From positions 856,621-920,620 of the forward strand of contig NW_004797332.1 in NCBI RefSeq assembly GCF_000002075.1: a DNA stretch of 64,000 nucleotides, given 5' to 3'. The position numbers and the translations under genes are program-made. This DNA is from Aplysia californica (taxonomy: Eukaryota). Shown piece after piece: positions 53,701 through 59,700 of this stretch. Every line of letters begins with the position of its first letter. Position 1 is the stretch's first letter. Under the pieces are notes generated by a model, which was not told where the DNA came from, made no database searches, and was given only the letters and a program-made list of their open reading frames with translations.

Positions 53701-56700
53701 CACATCATCATCATCATCATCCGGTGCCTTCCCGACTGGCGTGGGCGATCATGGACCTCCACTTCACTCTGTCTTGCGTTGCAGCAATGGTGTCTGATGT
53801 TCTTGCTGATCCTAGCAATGTTGTCATCTTGTCCAGTATCTTTTCCCTTTGTCTGCCTCTACCTCTCTTTCCATCAAACTTGCCTGCTGTTACAATATAC
53901 TCCAATGCTTCTTCCCACATTGTGTGTCCGAAGAAATTTGCCTGTCGTTTTCTTATATTTGTCATAAGCTGTCTTCTGCAATTTGCTTCAACCAAGACTT
54001 CTTCATTTGTTTTTCTAGCTGTCCAAAGGATACGCAGCATGCGTCTTATGAACCACAACTCTGTCGCTACAATTGTTCTTTCCAGCTGTTTATTGATTGT
54101 CCATGCTTTGCACCCATATAATAGGATTGACTCGATGTAACTTTTCAGTACTTTTTTTCTCGTTTCCTGTGACAGATTGATGTTTGTGAGTATCTATTTC
54201 ATTTTGTGGAAGGTTGCTTTTGCTTGGCAAATGCGGCTTTTAATTTTGGTGTGACATGCAAGCCGTAAACAGTACTGACAAACAAAGAATGGTCACTGCC
54301 TTGTCTACTTACTGACAATGGAGGTTCCCCGTTGTCTTTCACTTCAACTTGCACAAAGTATTTCTCTTGTTTCTCAAAATCCAGAGGGGCCAGCTGAACT
54401 AACTGGTTCTGAGACTGGATACCAAAATGCTCTGTGTGATTGAGCAATGTGAATTCCAAAACTTGACCTTCATCTTCATTTACTGCTAAAAGAATACCTG
54501 TGAAGAGAAAAGTAATCCAATTATTGGAATCTGACATAAAATGAGGGTGTGATGTAAAACAAAAAGAGTTGTATGTAAATACAATTGGACATTGGTACCA
54601 CATAAAAGTTGAGCATGAACTTGAGAACAAAGAGCATGTTGCAAAAAACTAAGCTTTGGAATCAGCATAAAAATTCTGAGATGACAGCAAATTTTTCACA
54701 ATCCAAAAATTTTTTAAGGGACAAACAAGCAAGTTTCACAATGATAAACACTCAGAAGCTTACAAAAGTAATTAAAACATCACATTTAAGGACTGTCCTG
54801 CACTTCCCTATTAGCAATACATGCCTCATTTTGCTTAAACATTTTTTAAAGGAATACCAACTTGTTAATAACAATGACCTTTCTGGTAATGATAAATCTT
54901 TTGAAAAAAATCATCATTGAAGTTTATTTAGCTTCTTATATAATTGTTCAGGGTTACCTTGACATAATGAAACCATTAGGTGAAACAAAACTGAATGAAT
55001 TGGAGTAAGAATTATAGAGAAATGGGATGGATATATGTAGCCATCCTCATTGAGCCTGTTCTTGAATCTAATGATCAGCACATGAATTTGTTGTTGCTGT
55101 TCCTCTTTGATTGTTTTCAAGAAGAACACACAAAAGGGGTAAACTAAAGAAAGGTTCAAAATACAGTTGAAATTGTCCAAAATGGCTCCCTATTATCCAG
55201 GAGAAAAGTAGTTGTCTTAGACCCGTAGACACCTTGGACATTGTCATTATGTTGTATTAAAAACTGCAAGGGGTAAGTAGGAAGTGGTCATTTGGACAGA
55301 CAATTGTTTTGGACGTGTGGCCGTTCAAGCAAGTTTGACTATACAACAATCCTTTTGAGGAATATCTATTCTCACAGCACTGTCTCGTAGGATGTAAAAG
55401 TGTTTCACATCTATAATACATCAGGAGTGCATGCAAGAATAAGTACTTTACAAATAAAGAAAAACAAAAGAAAATACCACTTTCAGGAGGGGAAAATTGG
55501 TTTACAGTGGGAAGTACAATACACTTATAGATCTACAATAATTCATTAACTCCTCAAAATAATATACATAATGTCCCCACAAATATGGACAACCTTACAA
55601 ACACACCATTGAATAAAACAAATCAACAAATTGTTAGAGCTTTCTCTCAAGGATGCTTCCTCAAACACTCACCAACTAAAGAGTTGCTGATTTTGTTCTC
55701 CCTGATTTGACTAGAGCTCAGCGCCACGCTGTGTGGTGGATCGTTCTCGTCAGTTACTTCGATTATTTTTGCCTTGACGAAACTCTGAGGTGGTGAGCCA
55801 TCATCAGTCACCGTCACGTGAACCAGCACTTCTCTGGAGCCCTCGTAGTCCAGGGTGCATACCTGAAACATACATCTTTATTAGTAGATATTTACTTACT
55901 TTTTTTACTTTTACTTTTTCATCCTCTGTTGCAGTTAAGCCTGATAGAGATGGGGAGATGCAGTTTTCTGTGGTAGGCCAGCTCCGCAGCTCTTTCAATT
56001 GAGAAATTATGATTTCTCAGTAATCTGTTACTAGATACAGCGTACCAAAATTAGCTTATAAAGATTTTAAAGAAAATTTTATTTGAAATCGAACACAGTT
56101 GATATGTTATCTAAAAACAAAACATTATTACTGCTGTATATTCTCACTTTTGTCAAACAGTATGCTCTAAAATTTTTCAAATAGCTTCCTTAAAAATTAT
56201 GTAAAGTTGAATTGACACACTGCTCTGAAATCATGTTGCAGTTCTCAAAGGATCCTAAACATACCTTGTCATTCTGCTATCATTGTCACTCCAGGTATTT
56301 TGGAGAAGAAAAAAAATTAAAAAATAAAGAAATTTGTAATCACCTCTCCGCCACAAATCTGGTTTGAATCCTTGACATATAGCTTGTCCTCATCGATGTA
56401 AAATCTTCCCATTCCGTCATCAGTCAGCTCATACGTAAACGACTGACGGTGGTCCCCCGTGTGATCAGCATCCACAGCTGAGAGAGTTGCCACTAACGTG
56501 CCTTCCTTGCTGTTTTCCTTCACCTGACAACATGGAGGTAAACAGGTTATGAATGAGTTAAGCTATTAATTTAGGTAAAAAAAAAAAAAAAACATTTTTT
56601 AACCCAATGACATCAGGGAATGAAACGTATGCAAACATAGTTTTAGAGAAAAGTACTGTATGCAATTTCATTCAATATGATGAAGATTGAACTCAGTTTC

Positions 56701-59700
56701 ACACAATAAAACAGCTATGGTCAATTCAAAGGCATTCAGTTAACAGAATCTGCAAAGGCCTAAGCGTAAAAAATCACAACTGATTCTTTTCTCCCATGGC
56801 GTTTATGTTAATCAGGAACTTATTTCTTATAAAGTCAAACATTCACAATAAAGATCCTACTTGAATCTGAAAAATGAAAATATAACATATACGGCTAGCC
56901 GTACTTAATGAGTCTAGCCGTACTTAACCGTACTTATTCTTAATATGATGGCTAGACTGACCATTTTTTTAAAAAATAGGCCTACTGAATTGTAAATATA
57001 AATTTTTAGTGTGCAGTACCTAAAGTATTTGTATTTGAGACGAAACCAGGTGCCTTAATGACAGTGCATGTATTTTAAACCTCCTGTTTTCTAATGTTAA
57101 TAGGGCCTGAGATAAGTACAGCTAGACTGGCAGTCTAGCCGTACTTAAATACGCCTAGACTTCTTGGCTAGCCGTACCTAGACAGCCAGGCTAGCCGTAC
57201 TTAAGGACGACTAGACTGTCAAGCTAACTGTGCTTAATATTGATGGCTGAATTGTAAATGAAATTTTTAGTTTGCAATGCCTAAAGTTTTTGTATTTCAG
57301 ACAAAACCAAAAGGTGCCTCGGCTAGCCACTTCGTTCTTTTTAAAACAAAAGTTAGTCTTTAAACTCTAAGAATTGTCAGACCCAATCATCTATTTAGAC
57401 AAATTGTACCTTCTTTATAATAGCTCTGATCTTCAGAGACTTTTTATCTCTTTTCATGTTATTTCAATAACAAAACAAACCCATCAATGGAAGTGCCTAA
57501 CCTACATCTGAACCATAAATGTTTAAAGCAAGTTGAGTTCCATTAATTTATACCTCATCCATAATATGTTACCAATAGTATGATTTACAGTTTTCCATGA
57601 GTTAACATTTTTTGTGGAACATAATACAGTTTTCCATGAGTTAACATTTTTTGTGGAACATAATAGGATGTAATAGCGACTCGGAACGAAANNNNNNNNN
57701 NNNNNNNNNNNNNNNNNNNNNNNNNNNNNNNNNNNNNNNNNNNNNNNNNNNNNNNNNNNNNNNNNNNNNNNNNNNNNNNNNNNNNNNNNNNNNNNNNNNN
57801 NNNNNNNNNNNNNNNNNNNNNNNNNNNNNNNNNNNNNNNNNNNNNNNNNNNNNNNNNNNNNNNNNNNNNNNNNNNNNNNNNNNNNNNNNNNNNNNNNNNN
57901 NNNNNNNNNNNNNNNNNNNNNNNNNNNNNNNNNNNNNNNNNNNNNTAGCACTCTATCCTATCCATAGAAAGACCACAAAAAACAACCCACTGGCATTGCT
58001 TACCTTTGTTTCGGAGAATACAACATCTGTTGGGGGTTCGTTGACATCCGTCACAATTATGTTAAATGTTTTTGCAAACGTCATCTCCGTTTCGCCTTCA
58101 TCTACAGCAGTTATTGTCAGTGTGATTGGTTTAAAGTTTTCATAGTCTAATTTGGCAACATCAGCAGTCTGGAAAAGAAAAACATTTTTTTAAAAAAGAA
58201 ATGACTTCTTCCCCTGGATAGAGCAGAAAAACATTCAAACTCTCTTGTTCCCTTTGTTTCATTTCAAAAGTATTAAAATGAAGCTGTATACAAGAAACTG
58301 AATGGAACTATTTTACTACAGGTTTGACTGTAAGCTACGTTTTCCAAAGACCTTAAAGAAAGCAGATTCCTCTTTTCCTTCATGGACCAGGCATTTCTGC
58401 TCAAGTGTCTGGTCAAGAACTGACAAAGCTTATGAGCTCTCGTAAATGATCCGCAGTGTTAAGTACAAAAAGAAACCAGCAGGAAGAGTTCATTTGGCCA
58501 GAAAACTGTGGTACCAACATTGATATATGTCACTCTAAGCTGATGTGTTGTTAATGGATGCTGGAGGTTTGTACACATAAACCTAATAGGAGAAACGAGT
58601 AGTTTGTCTTTTAGAAAACACAAGCAGAGACAGAGCAGGTACTAATACAACTCCAGCGAATCTAAACTCCAAATCGCAAACTGCTTATACTGCTCATAAA
58701 AATTAGAAAATGCCCTTTCACTGTTGTCACTTTTTAAAAATCAATTTTTATCCATAAGCCATCTATATATTCAAAATCTGACAATTACATAATTCCTACT
58801 TTCATGGTTTTAAGCCTTTGACAAACTAAAAAATGAAATGAACAATGTATCAAGCTGAAAAATATACTATGACAGTATTGAAAATAATTTATATATGAAA
58901 TAAACCACACTCATTAATTATGAAGTATTGCGAATAACTGGAATGCATCTATTATCTATTTGTGACTGTTTTCTTCATTTAATTTGACTTTAGAATGAAA
59001 GGCGAGAGGTCATTAAAATTTTTTTAAACCCTAAAACTCTGCACTGAACAAACCCGAACAGCAAATGAACAGCAGTCGATCTGCACACGCAAGAGATTGC
59101 TATTCCTATTCTTCTTCTGGAAAAATGAAAGAGAGCTTCAAAACAGACTGCAGCACCACCTGAAGCAAAGAGCGAACTTCCGGCGGACACTTTTTTGGCT
59201 GAGTGGCCCATCTTGTTATGTACTATCTTTGATTCGACTGTGATCCTTTCGTTTGATGCCCATCATCGCTTTTCTGGACTCCTTTCTCTATTATATATTT
59301 GGCAACTTGGAAACACATGTGTCACTTTTATCTCAAGATTTATTGCTCCATTCCAGTAGAGTGTAACTATAGTAGGCCAATTACTTTCAGTTGATGTTAA
59401 TGCACCGATCATTCCTTTCATTGAAAGGGGGCCCAGCTTGTAATTACTATATAATCAAGAACATGGCAGTCAAAGCTTTAGCTTTCAAAGACAAATCTAG
59501 TATCATACCAGGAGAGAGTTGTCTTCTATGTGGAACAGATTGGATGCTGGACCAGACAGAAAAAACGTATGCTCATCATTCTCATCCTCATCAGCTGCAG
59601 AAATGCCAGCCACGACTATGCCATTTGCGTTTTCTTCCACGTAGATTGTATCTGTGTTATTTCCATCTATCAGTATGTTCTGGAAAAGATTACACAACAG

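Noticed and set aside
57586-57664. Exact ~39-bp tandem duplication next to an N gap (similar short doublets at 28473-28605)
   Set aside because: Likely local slippage or a contig-end assembly artefact; no functional signal.
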